A DNA stretch of 7,956 bases from Octopus sinensis (GCF_006345805.1 NW_021828618.1:1-7956); one strand, 5' to 3'; numbered from the stretch's first letter, positions 1 to 7,099 are shown. The notes: generated by a model from the letters alone, not told the origin. Translations and numbers: made by a program.

Positions 1-33
1 ATATACTCATGCACCAGACGACACTCGCAGACG

Positions 34-59
34 ACACACACACACACACACACACACAC
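34..59. repeat. (CA)n microsatellite
   Basis: Perfect CA run of about 13 units. Confidence 0.95.
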
Positions 60-255
60 GTTCAACAGACATTTACGCATCTATAATGAAGCGGCATCTT
101 CTTTATGTTGAAAGAATAAAATAAAATTTAAAAAAACAGCTTAAAAGATAACTTTTGGAGATCTACAAAATAATAAAAAAATGAAAGAAAATTAAAAAGC
201 AAAACTTTAAACGTGTTTGAAATTCATTAAACGGAATAAAATTATGGTGTCTTGA

Positions 256-435
256 AAGCGGTGTGCTGACAAAATCTTTAGCACGGATGAAGGTGAGTTA
301 CATGGCGGCATTTCCTTCGGCTTTTTACGTTCGAATTCAAATCTGGCTGAGGTAAAACCATTTCATCCCTTCAGGGTCGAAGGAATAAAATCCCTAGGAT
401 CAACTACTTCCCTGCTAAATCGTTGGTTTTGATGC
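256..435 (+). mobile_element. Degraded tRNA-derived SINE, type C (old copy)
   Basis: Collinear similarity to the young copy at 5860-6085. Matching blocks: gcggtgtgctgacaaaatctttagcacg ~ gcggcgagctggcagaatcgttagcacg; acgttcgaattcaaatctggctgaggt ~ tcgttctgagttcaaattccgccggggt; tttcatcccttcagggtcga ~ tttcatcctttcggggtcga. Ends are approximate. Confidence 0.75.
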
Positions 436-817
436 TTGTCGCGGACCGACATCTCGTTCAGTGTATAGAGGGTGGTGGTCTCGGTACCTAATCTGTCGCG
501 GAAATCTGGTAACCGGATTTCCACAATATAAGAATAAACTCATGGCCACTTGTAGCAACAGCAGTAGTGGTGATAGTAGTAATTTAGTCTCCATGTCAGT
601 CCTGATCAAGCAGATCTGTGGTCAAAGTATTCCAGGCTTGACCAACGTGTCATTTTTACATATCTAAGGCCACAGTTAAATGTATTGTATCTTTTCTTGA
701 GATTTCTGTTAAGAACCCTTATTGACTTTGGGGCCCCAGGCAATTGCTCTCCTCCATTAAATTGGTAAGAATGTGTCACAGCTGAGAGAAGAACCTCATG
801 AGGTAGAATGATTGATA

Positions 818-1214
818 GAGTGGCTGTGTGGTAAGTACCTTGCTAACCAACCACATGGTTCCGGGTTCAGTCCCACTGCGTGGCATCTTGGGCAAGTGTC
901 TTCTGCTATAGCCCCGGGCCGACCAATGCCTTGTGAGTGGATTTGGTAGACGGAAACTGAAAGAAGCCTGTCGTGTATATATATATATATATGTATATAT
1001 ATGTGTGTGTGTCTGTGTTTGTGTCTCCCCCTAGCATTGCTTGACAACCGATGCTGGTGTGTTTACGTCCCCGTCACTTAGCGGTTCGGCAAAAAGAGAC
1101 CGATAGAATAAGTACTGGGCTTACAAAGAATAAGTCCCGGGGTCGATTTGCTCGACTAAAAAGGCAGTGCTACAGCATGGCCGCAGTCAAATGACTGAAA
1201 CAAGTAAAAGAGTA
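818..1214 (+). mobile_element. Near-full-length tRNA-derived SINE, type A (octopus-type, with CORE-like segment, internal microsatellite and LINE-like 3' tail)
   Basis: Pol III A-box-like TGGCTGTGTGG at 821-831 and B-box-like GGTTCAGTCCC at 864-874. CTTGGGCAAGT resembles the start of the CORE-SINE core. Internal (TA)/(TG) tract at about 974-1022. 3' tail aaggcagtgctacagcatggccgcagtcaaatgactgaaacaagtaaaagag at 1161-1212. Homologous copies lie at 2125-2538 (-) and 6298-6490 (+). Confidence 0.9.
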
Positions 1215-1499
1215 TCACTGGATGTTCTTAGGAGTAACATGTTTTTTTCTTTTTTTTTTTGCTTTTGTTATCCTATCTTCAAGGCTTAAAGAAAAAAAGA
1301 AATGTCTTGGAGTGATCACCGGGTGTGATCCAGAAACCTCTCCTTTCTTATTTCGCCTTGGTCATGTCACGCGTTTCTGTGTCTGTCTGACAACCCATAC
1401 TTTCTGCTTTACAAGGCTGAATCGCATGGGACGATTACGGGATGATTGTCGTCATTTTCATTGGTCGTCATCGTCATCGCTATCATCATCTATCTAATA

Positions 1500-1553
1500 C
1501 TTCAAGGTGGTGCCCCAGCATGGCCGCAGTGTAACGACTGAAACCGGTATAAT
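1500..1553 (+). mobile_element. Isolated retroposon 3'-tail module (heavily 5'-truncated SINE/LINE copy)
   Basis: cttcaaggtggtgccccagcatggccgcagtgtaacgactgaaaccggtataa matches the SINE A tail at 1161-1205, with no upstream body. Confidence 0.8.
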
Positions 1554-1583
1554 ATGTGTGTGTGTGTGTAATATATATATATA

Positions 1584-1620
<37 letters not shown>
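1554..1620. repeat. (TG)n/(TA)n compound microsatellite
   Basis: Direct inspection. Confidence 0.9.
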
Positions 1621-1621
<1 letters not shown>

Positions 1622-1761
1622 CGTGGAATTGTAATGATCTGCTGGACGCTGATTGGTGTGGAATAATCTAGTAACTTTCTGTTTGTTCTGCTTGCTGTGT
1701 TTTATCAAATTTTGGGAATGTGTGTGTGTGTATGCATGTATGTATATGTGTATGCAAAAAG

Positions 1762-2073
1762 AACTTGGATATGTTTCGACCAAAGATTGGCCCAGGCCAT
1801 GTCTGCCTTAATAGCACCACCTGATAGGCTTATCTAAATCTTTTTGAAGTCAAATTTTGCGGTTTCATGGTCCATTCGAGTAGGGGGTTCTTGTCGAGGG
1901 AGTTGTTATCCAGGTGTAGTTGCTTTATCTGGTATTCTTTGAAGAAATCTGTCCAGATTCTGTTTAAGGGCGATGAGATCCTCTTCCTCTTTGATCTGTT
2001 ATGGGTCAACGTTCAATAGGGCAGGGCCTGTTGAGGAAAAGAAGTTGTGTAGCAGCGTATTGATGCGTTGTGA
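1762..2073 (-). mobile_element. 5'-truncated LINE (CR1/L2 group): decayed ORF2 C-terminus plus 3' UTR
   Basis: The minus strand from 2070 translates as QRINTLLHNFFSSTGPALLNVDP*QIKEEEDLIALKQNLDRFLQRIPDKATTPG, then a 1-nt frameshift near 1908, then NNSLDKNPLLEWTMKPQNLTSKRFR* (stop at 1832-1830). This fits the post-RT C-terminal pattern F..xGP.L.N..P..I......K..LD.FL..IPD.P..PGY....NSL of CR1/L2-type ORF2s. A structured 3' UTR follows at 1825-1770. The clade call is by motif recognition only. Confidence 0.8.
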
Positions 2074-2094
2074 TATGTATATATAATGTATATA

Positions 2095-2124
<30 letters not shown>

Positions 2125-2126
<2 letters not shown>

Positions 2127-2322
2127 CTCTTTTTTACTCTTTTACTTGTTTCAGTCATGTCATTGTGGCCATGCTGGAGCATCGCCTTTAGTCGATCAAA
2201 TCGACCCCAGGACTTATTCTTTGTAAGCCTAGTACTTACGGGGGCGTAAATACACCAGCATCGGTTGTCAGGCGATGTTGTGGGGACAAACACATACACA
2301 AATATACATACACACACACACA

Positions 2323-2360
<38 letters not shown>

Positions 2361-2538
2361 CATATATATATATACGACGGGCTTCTTTCAGTTTCCGTCT
2401 ACCAAATCCACTCACAAGGCTTTGGTCGGCCCGAGGCTATAGTAGAATAGTAGAAGACACTCACCCAAGGTGTCACGCAGTGGGACTGAACCCGGAACCA
2501 TGTGGTTCGTAAGCAAGCTACTTACCACACAGCCACCC
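2125..2538 (-). mobile_element. Near-full-length SINE type A, reverse orientation
   Basis: Reverse complement of 818-1214, with the head at 2460-2538 and the tail at 2125-2190. It has an expanded internal (CA)/(TA) tract at about 2290-2375, a deletion of about 35 bp at 2238/2239, and an 8-bp tandem duplication tagtagaa at 2440-2455. Confidence 0.9.
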
Positions 2539-2847
2539 TATATATATATATACACACTGTGTGTATATAATAATGTATATATAAGTACACACGTGTGTGT
2601 GTGCTCGCAGACTCGTATGCACACAGCGGTCGTTGTTACTCGGCGTGACGTGCAACGACGTCATCAGATGTTCTGCTGTTCCCTTTGAGGGTTTTTCTTT
2701 TTTAAATTCTGTGCTCTCAACAGTTTCCCGTGTTTTTGTGTGTTAAATAGCTGCAATGAGAATCTTAAGATAAGACAACCTATGTTAGTTTGTCTTGGCT
2801 CCTGACCCCTACTGGGTCTCTGTTTAAGAGTCTACGTGTGTGTCAGT

Positions 2848-3012
2848 TTACACACACACACAGACACACGCGCACACACACACATACACCACATTCGCAT
2901 ACTAATATGTATACGACATATCTATCTGTCTGTCTGTGTGTCTGTCCCTACCTTAGTGTGTTTATCTGTACTTCTATCCATCTATCTATCTATCTATACA
3001 TACATACATACA

Positions 3013-3046
<34 letters not shown>

Positions 3047-3111
3047 ATCTACATATCTATCTATCTATCTCTGTCTATCTACCTATCTATCTATCCATAT
3101 CTATCTATCTA

Positions 3112-3157
<46 letters not shown>

Positions 3158-3315
3158 CATCTATCTAATCTATCTGTCCTTCCAGCCACCCATCAATCCA
3201 TCCATTCATCCGCCCATCTATCTATCATCTATCTATCTCTCTACGTTTTTTTTCTGTTTTCTATCTATCTATCTATCTATCCTTCCCTCTATCTATCTAT
3301 CTATCTATCTATTTA
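2848..3315. repeat. Compound microsatellite: (CA)n, then long (TATC)n/(TGTC)n/(TCCA)n tetranucleotide tract
   Basis: Direct inspection. It explains the YLSI/LSVC pseudo-ORFs at 2790-3407 and 2836-3168. Confidence 0.95.
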
Positions 3316-3701
3316 TCCATGCATCGCTGTGTGAAGACGAAGATAATGATGTTTGTGTGTGTATGAGTGACATAAATATGTGCGTGCGCGAACACACATG
3401 TAGATAGATACATGCATAGAGTCGGGGTGGGGGTAGTTTGTCGTGGGCGATTCGGGTACACATGTACCGAGTGTGACATTGCGCCTTTTGTTTAAAGAGC
3501 AAGCAAACTCGGCTGTTTTGATTAAAGATCCCCCCTTCCCTTCTCTCACTAGCTCTGCTCCCTACCCCCACACCCCCACGTGCGTGTGTGTTGCTCATAA
3601 TTACCGCTAGGCGTTTGGGTTCTTTCTACAGCTGAGATGCTAATTCCACAAGTCATTCAGGAGTATTTCTGCGTAGGTCTTTCAGTGCATAACGACATAC
3701 T

Positions 3702-3870
3702 CACGTGTGTGTGTGTGTGTGTTTGAGTGAGTGTGTGGTGTAATTATGTATGCGTATATACATAAATGTGTGTCCGTGCACATGTGTGCATACGTATGTG
3801 TGTGTATATATGTGTATGTATGTATACGAGTGTGCAAATATGTACACCTGTGTGTGTGTTTATGCGTGTG

Positions 3871-3901
<31 letters not shown>

Positions 3902-4205
3902 GTGTGTGTGTGTGTGTGTGCATATATGTATATGTATGTGTATGCATAAGTGTGTGTGTATATGTGTTTGCAAACGTATGTATACGTATGTATACATGTA
4001 TATATGTATGCGTACATGTATATATGTATGCGTGCGTATGTATGAATGCATATTTGTATATGTATATATATGCGCACGTATGTATGTATGTATATATATG
4101 TATGTATGTGTATATATATATAATATATATGTTTATATGTATATATGTGTGTGTGTGTGTACGTATGTGTCTGCATATAAATATATATATATATATATGC
4201 ATTGC
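3702..4205. repeat. About 500 bp of alternating purine-pyrimidine (TG/TA/CA/CG) low-complexity tract
   Basis: Nearly uninterrupted RY alternation. It explains the six overlapping VC/YI/HT pseudo-ORFs. Confidence 0.95.
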
Positions 4206-4317
4206 GATGAATCATTAATGTGTCTATATATACAAATGATTCATATACATTCGCATTGTATGAATTCACACACATATACACACTTCTTTTTCACTATTTT
4301 TCTCCATTGATTAACGT

Positions 4318-4403
4318 CCTCTCTCTCTCTCTCCCTCTCTCCCTCTCTCTCTCTCTCATTGTGCTCTTCTCTCTTTTTCTCTCTCAACAGCATCCTCTGT
4401 TTG

Positions 4404-4440
<37 letters not shown>
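4318..4440. repeat. (CT)n polypyrimidine tracts
   Basis: Two CT runs, at 4318-4357 and about 4408-4440. Confidence 0.95.
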
Positions 4441-4443
<3 letters not shown>

Positions 4444-4489
4444 GCGTGACTTACACTTATGACCAACCAGTGTAATTGTTTCGATGGAG

Positions 4490-4720
4490 TGCCACCGCCG
4501 CCATCTTCGACACCACCACCGCCGCCACCACCACCACCATCCACAGCACTGCATCCTACACAGCGTTCAATAGAATCTCTGCTACTGCTTTCCTCTCATC
4601 ACCACCACTACCTCCACTACTACAGCCGCCAGAACCCTTACTACTACTACTACAACCACCGCCAGAATTGCTACTACTACTACTACTACTACTACTACTG
4701 TTGCTGCTGCTGCTGCTGTC
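4490..4720. repeat. Trinucleotide mosaic (CCA/CCG)n -> (CTA)n -> (CTG)n
   Basis: Direct inspection. Includes a duplicated unit actactaca(g/a)cc..ccgccagaa at about 4616-4667. Confidence 0.9.
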
Positions 4721-4825
4721 CGATTGTATGGTAGTGTTCCGGGAGATGGGGGGGGGAAGAGGTCGGATATACACAGAAAAGAGCGTGTGTGACTATTTAG
4801 TAATTAATATAATAATTGTTGACGT

Positions 4826-4890
4826 TAATGACGATCGTTATGATGGTGATGTCGATGGTGATGGTCATGGCGAGGGTGAGGATCGTGGTG
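4826..4890. repeat. Degenerate (GAT/GGT)n trinucleotide tract
   Basis: atgacgatcgttatgatggtgatgtcgatggtgatggtcatggcgagggtgaggat. Confidence 0.75.
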
Positions 4891-5149
4891 AGGCTTGCAA
4901 CAGCGTTGTGTGTGTGTGGCCCCAGACCATTGCTTTCGAAACCGTCCTATGTAGGGCACATCGAGGGTCGGTGGAGTCAGAAGGAGCTACCCCCCCTCCC
5001 CCCCGCCAGATCCACTTTCTCCTTGTTGCAGTGATCACTTATAGCTGATGTAGGAGAGCAGCGGTGGTCTGGTCAGTTCATTAGGACAGTCCAGGACATG
5101 TTTGCACTCCATCCACTCTGTCCTCTGCCCAGTCTCTTTCTCAAGACCA

Positions 5150-5325
5150 TACAACGGGTGCTTGGGTTAAAAAAAGAAATATACAGGAAGATCACGTGAT
5201 GATTTCATTCAACATATTCCCCTATCAGATTGACACATTTATTAGAGCGCACCTTCAGTTTTCTAAGCCCTTTAAAAGAAATCGAGGGTTAGGCTTCCAA
5301 CCAATCCCCTTAAAGCCAGGAACTT
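5150..5325 (-). mobile_element. Mariner-derived MITE, copy 1 (both TIRs partly eroded)
   Basis: Starts with TA plus caacgggtgc (a TIR remnant) and ends aagccaggaactt, complementary to the TIR at 5467-5496. The interior is collinear with copy 3 (aaaagaaatatacaggaagatca ~ aaaagaaaatagagggggatca; cccctatcagat ~ cccctctcagat). It contains the transposase C-terminus. Confidence 0.8.
5205..5276 (-). pseudogene. Relic C-terminal 23 codons of a mariner (Tc1/mariner, DD34D) transposase inside the MITE
   Basis: The minus strand reads FKGLRKLKVRSNKCVNLIGEYVE*. This matches the mariner C-terminal signature F..GI.KL..RW.KC....G.Y(V/F)E*. Confidence 0.8.
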
Positions 5326-5330
5326 GTATA

Positions 5331-5418
5331 TATGAGGGTCTTCTAAGCCCTGTAAAAAAACCCCAAAAAACTCGCAACGTTAGGTCCTTCAAGCCAAGAA
5401 ATTTCCAGCTCTTCATCA

Positions 5419-5420
<2 letters not shown>
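5331..5420 (-). mobile_element. Mariner MITE copy 2, internally deleted
   Basis: Begins TA-tgagggtc (TIR start-like) and jumps to ttctaagccctgtaaaa, which repeats 5261-5277. It ends in aagccaagaaatttccagctcttcatcatg, whose reverse complement matches 21/30 nt of the TIR at 5467-5496. Confidence 0.65.
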
Positions 5421-5465
<45 letters not shown>

Positions 5466-5466
5466 A
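5420..5466. repeat. (TG)n(TA)n microsatellite between MITE copies
   Basis: Direct inspection. Confidence 0.95.
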
Positions 5467-5602
5467 CAAGAGTGGGTGCTGAAAAGTTATTGGCTTAGTG
5501 GGGTAAAAGAAAATAGAGGGGGATCAGTTGGTTATGATTTCCATCAAAGTAGACCCCTCTCAGATCAGCATATTTATTGCAGCGGTCCTAAGGTTGTTCT
5601 AA
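5465..5602 (-). mobile_element. Mariner MITE copy 3 (one end only)
   Basis: TA followed by the TIR CAAGAGTGGGTGCTGAAAAGTTATTGGCTT (5467-5496), a mariner-like TIR. The interior is collinear with copy 1 up to about 5602. Confidence 0.75.
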
Positions 5603-5859
5603 CTGAAATAAAGTAGAAGGGACTTTGTAATAGGGACGCTACAGTTTGCTGACCCCCTGCGATTATTGTTAATTTTTGGGCATCCCAGCATAGTGTTTTG
5701 GGGGAACCAGTGATATTATTGATGTTGTAGCTATTTCCCTCTCACTGCCTCTGTGTAAATGTGTGTGTGTGTGCGCCTCTCTTAAGATTTTGCACTTCCC
5801 ATCTCATGCTATCTTCTTCATATACAAATACCTACATGTTGTCTGTGTGTGTGTGTGTA

Positions 5860-6085
5860 GGGCGGCGAGCTGGCAGAATCGTTAGCACGCCGGGCGGAAT
5901 GCTTAGCAGTATTTCGTCTGCCGTTTCGTTCTGAGTTCAAATTCCGCCGGGGTCACTTTACCTTTCATCCTTTCGGGGTCGATAAATCAAGTACCAGTTA
6001 TACACTGGCGTCGATGTAATCAACTTAATCCCTTTGTTTGTCCCCTCTATGTTTAGCCCCCTGTGAACAATAAAGAAAAAAAAAA
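5860..6085 (+). mobile_element. tRNA-derived SINE type C, apparently full-length and relatively young
   Basis: A-box-like TGGCAGAATCG at 5871-5881 and B-box GAGTTCAAATTCC at 5933-5945. GGCGG (5861-5865) can pair with CCGCC (5944-5948) as an acceptor-like stem. A-rich tail at 6068-6085. Three degraded homologues occur elsewhere in the window. Confidence 0.85.
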
Positions 6086-6297
6086 TATATATATATATAC
6101 ATACACACACATATATATATTTAGGATATGTATCCCTTTTTTTCATTATTATTGTTGTGTTCTGGGTGCTGCATATATATGTGTGAGTGTGTGTTTGTCT
6201 ACGTATCTGTAAGTAGGGACCACAAGGGAGGTCAAAGTGCACAACCGACACGAGTTGACTCCATATCCAAATACAGCATCTGTCATGGAGTTTTCAT

Positions 6298-6490
6298 GTA
6301 TGTGTGTGTGTGTGTATTTGTTCCCCGCAACATCACTTGACAACCGATGCTGGTGTGTTTACGTTCCTTAACCTAGCGGTTCGGCAAAAGAGACCGATAG
6401 AATAAGTCCTGGGGTTAATTTGCTCGACTAAAAAGGCGGTGCTCCAGCAAGGCCGCAGTCAAATGACTGAAGCAAGTAAAAGAGTAAAGA
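6298..6490 (+). mobile_element. SINE type A, 3' half (starts at the internal microsatellite)
   Basis: Matches 1010-1214 (cttgacaaccgatgctggtgtgtttacgt...tagcggttcggcaaaagagaccgatagaataagt...aaggcggtgctccagca...aaatgactgaagcaagtaaaagag). About 22 bp are deleted between the agaataagt direct repeats. Confidence 0.9.
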
Positions 6491-6496
6491 TAATCC

Positions 6497-6714
6497 ACGC
6501 CCAGTGGTTAGGGCAGCGGACTTGCGGTCGGAGGATCGCGGTTTCGATTCCCAGACCGGGCGTTGTGTGTGTTTATTGAGCGAAAACACCTAAAAAGCTC
6601 CACGAGGCTCCGGCAGGGGATGGTGGTGATCCCTGCTGTACTCTTTCACCACTCTAAAGGCGGTGCTCCAGCATGGCCGCAGTCAAATGACTGAAACAAG
6701 TACAAAAAAAAAAA
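6497..6714 (+). mobile_element. tRNA-derived SINE type B head and body joined to the type-A 3' tail plus poly(A)
   Basis: tRNA-like head with A-box gcccagtgg (6499-6507) and B-box ggtttcgattccc (6540-6552); cgccc (6498-6502) can pair with gggcg (6558-6562). The unique body runs to about 6655, then aaaggcggtgctccagcatggccgcagtcaaatgactgaaacaagta and an A-run to 6714. Confidence 0.85.
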
Positions 6715-6814
6715 TAGCTGTAAGTGGGTTCTACGATGAGGCAGAAGTCCACAACGCTTGCCTTGGAGTTTTCATAGGGCCAAAGGCCCCATCGTAGAAT
6801 GTCGAAATCTTCTC

Positions 6815-6902
6815 CACACCTGCCTCGACATTCAACCCAAAGATCCAGGATCGAAATCAGGCAGAGTATTTTGCTTAGGGTTCTAACAATTCTGCCAGAG
6901 GT
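6815..6902 (-). mobile_element. Degraded SINE type C head
   Basis: ctaacaattctgccaga (6883-6899) matches the reverse complement of 5869-5885 at 15/17 nt. The cgaaat and ttcaacccaaag blocks are also collinear. Confidence 0.65.
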
Positions 6903-7099
6903 CATTGTACTCGGATCCAGTGCCATCTTAAACTATGTGCGCATTAGTCCCTTACACCGGAAGCATTAAGGGTCTAGGGTCCCCAGTTCTGATTTACGTA
7001 TGTTGGGACTTGCTGCCTGTAAGTAAATATACAATTGGGCCCAGTTCCCTCTGATTTGTCCAGGGACCTTTAAAGGTGCGCCAAACAATCCTATCTGGA

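Noticed and set aside
585-665. Possible additional old repeat fragment (catgtcagtcctgatcaagcagatctgtggtcaaag...)
   Set aside because: It resembles an octopus repeat from memory only, with no second copy in the window to support it.
1161-1205. Hammerhead ribozyme suggested by hairpin + GAAAC in the retroposon tail
   Set aside because: The CUGANGA core required 5' of stem II is absent (TGGCCGC in the SINE, GGCCTG in the LINE).
796-2688. Similar peptides in ORFs 796-1047, 2265-2450 and 2470-2688 (LLSVSVYQIHSQG...)
   Set aside because: The similarity arises because they translate the same SINE family; they are not paralogous genes.
2790-3407. 205-aa and 110-aa + strand ORFs
   Set aside because: They are translations of (CA)n and (TATC)n repeats (THTH, YLSI), which lack stop codons in some frames. 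No domain content.
3424-3575. G-quadruplex motifs (3424-3456 on +; C-runs at 3530-3577 for the minus strand)
   Set aside because: Each needs a long loop (11 or about 19 nt), and there is no functional context.
3682-4310. Six overlapping ORFs of 63-199 aa on both strands
   Set aside because: All are VC/YI/HT dipeptide read-outs of the RY microsatellite.
4459-5048. Poly-P/Y/C, poly-T/L and poly-S/G ORFs
   Set aside because: Trinucleotide repeats are open in several frames and on both strands, with no codon-level or domain support. A low-complexity exon cannot be fully excluded.
6497-6562. tRNA gene
   Set aside because: It has A/B boxes and partial stems but no complete cloverleaf, and it runs straight into a SINE body and tail. 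The same applies to 818-880 and 5860-5950.
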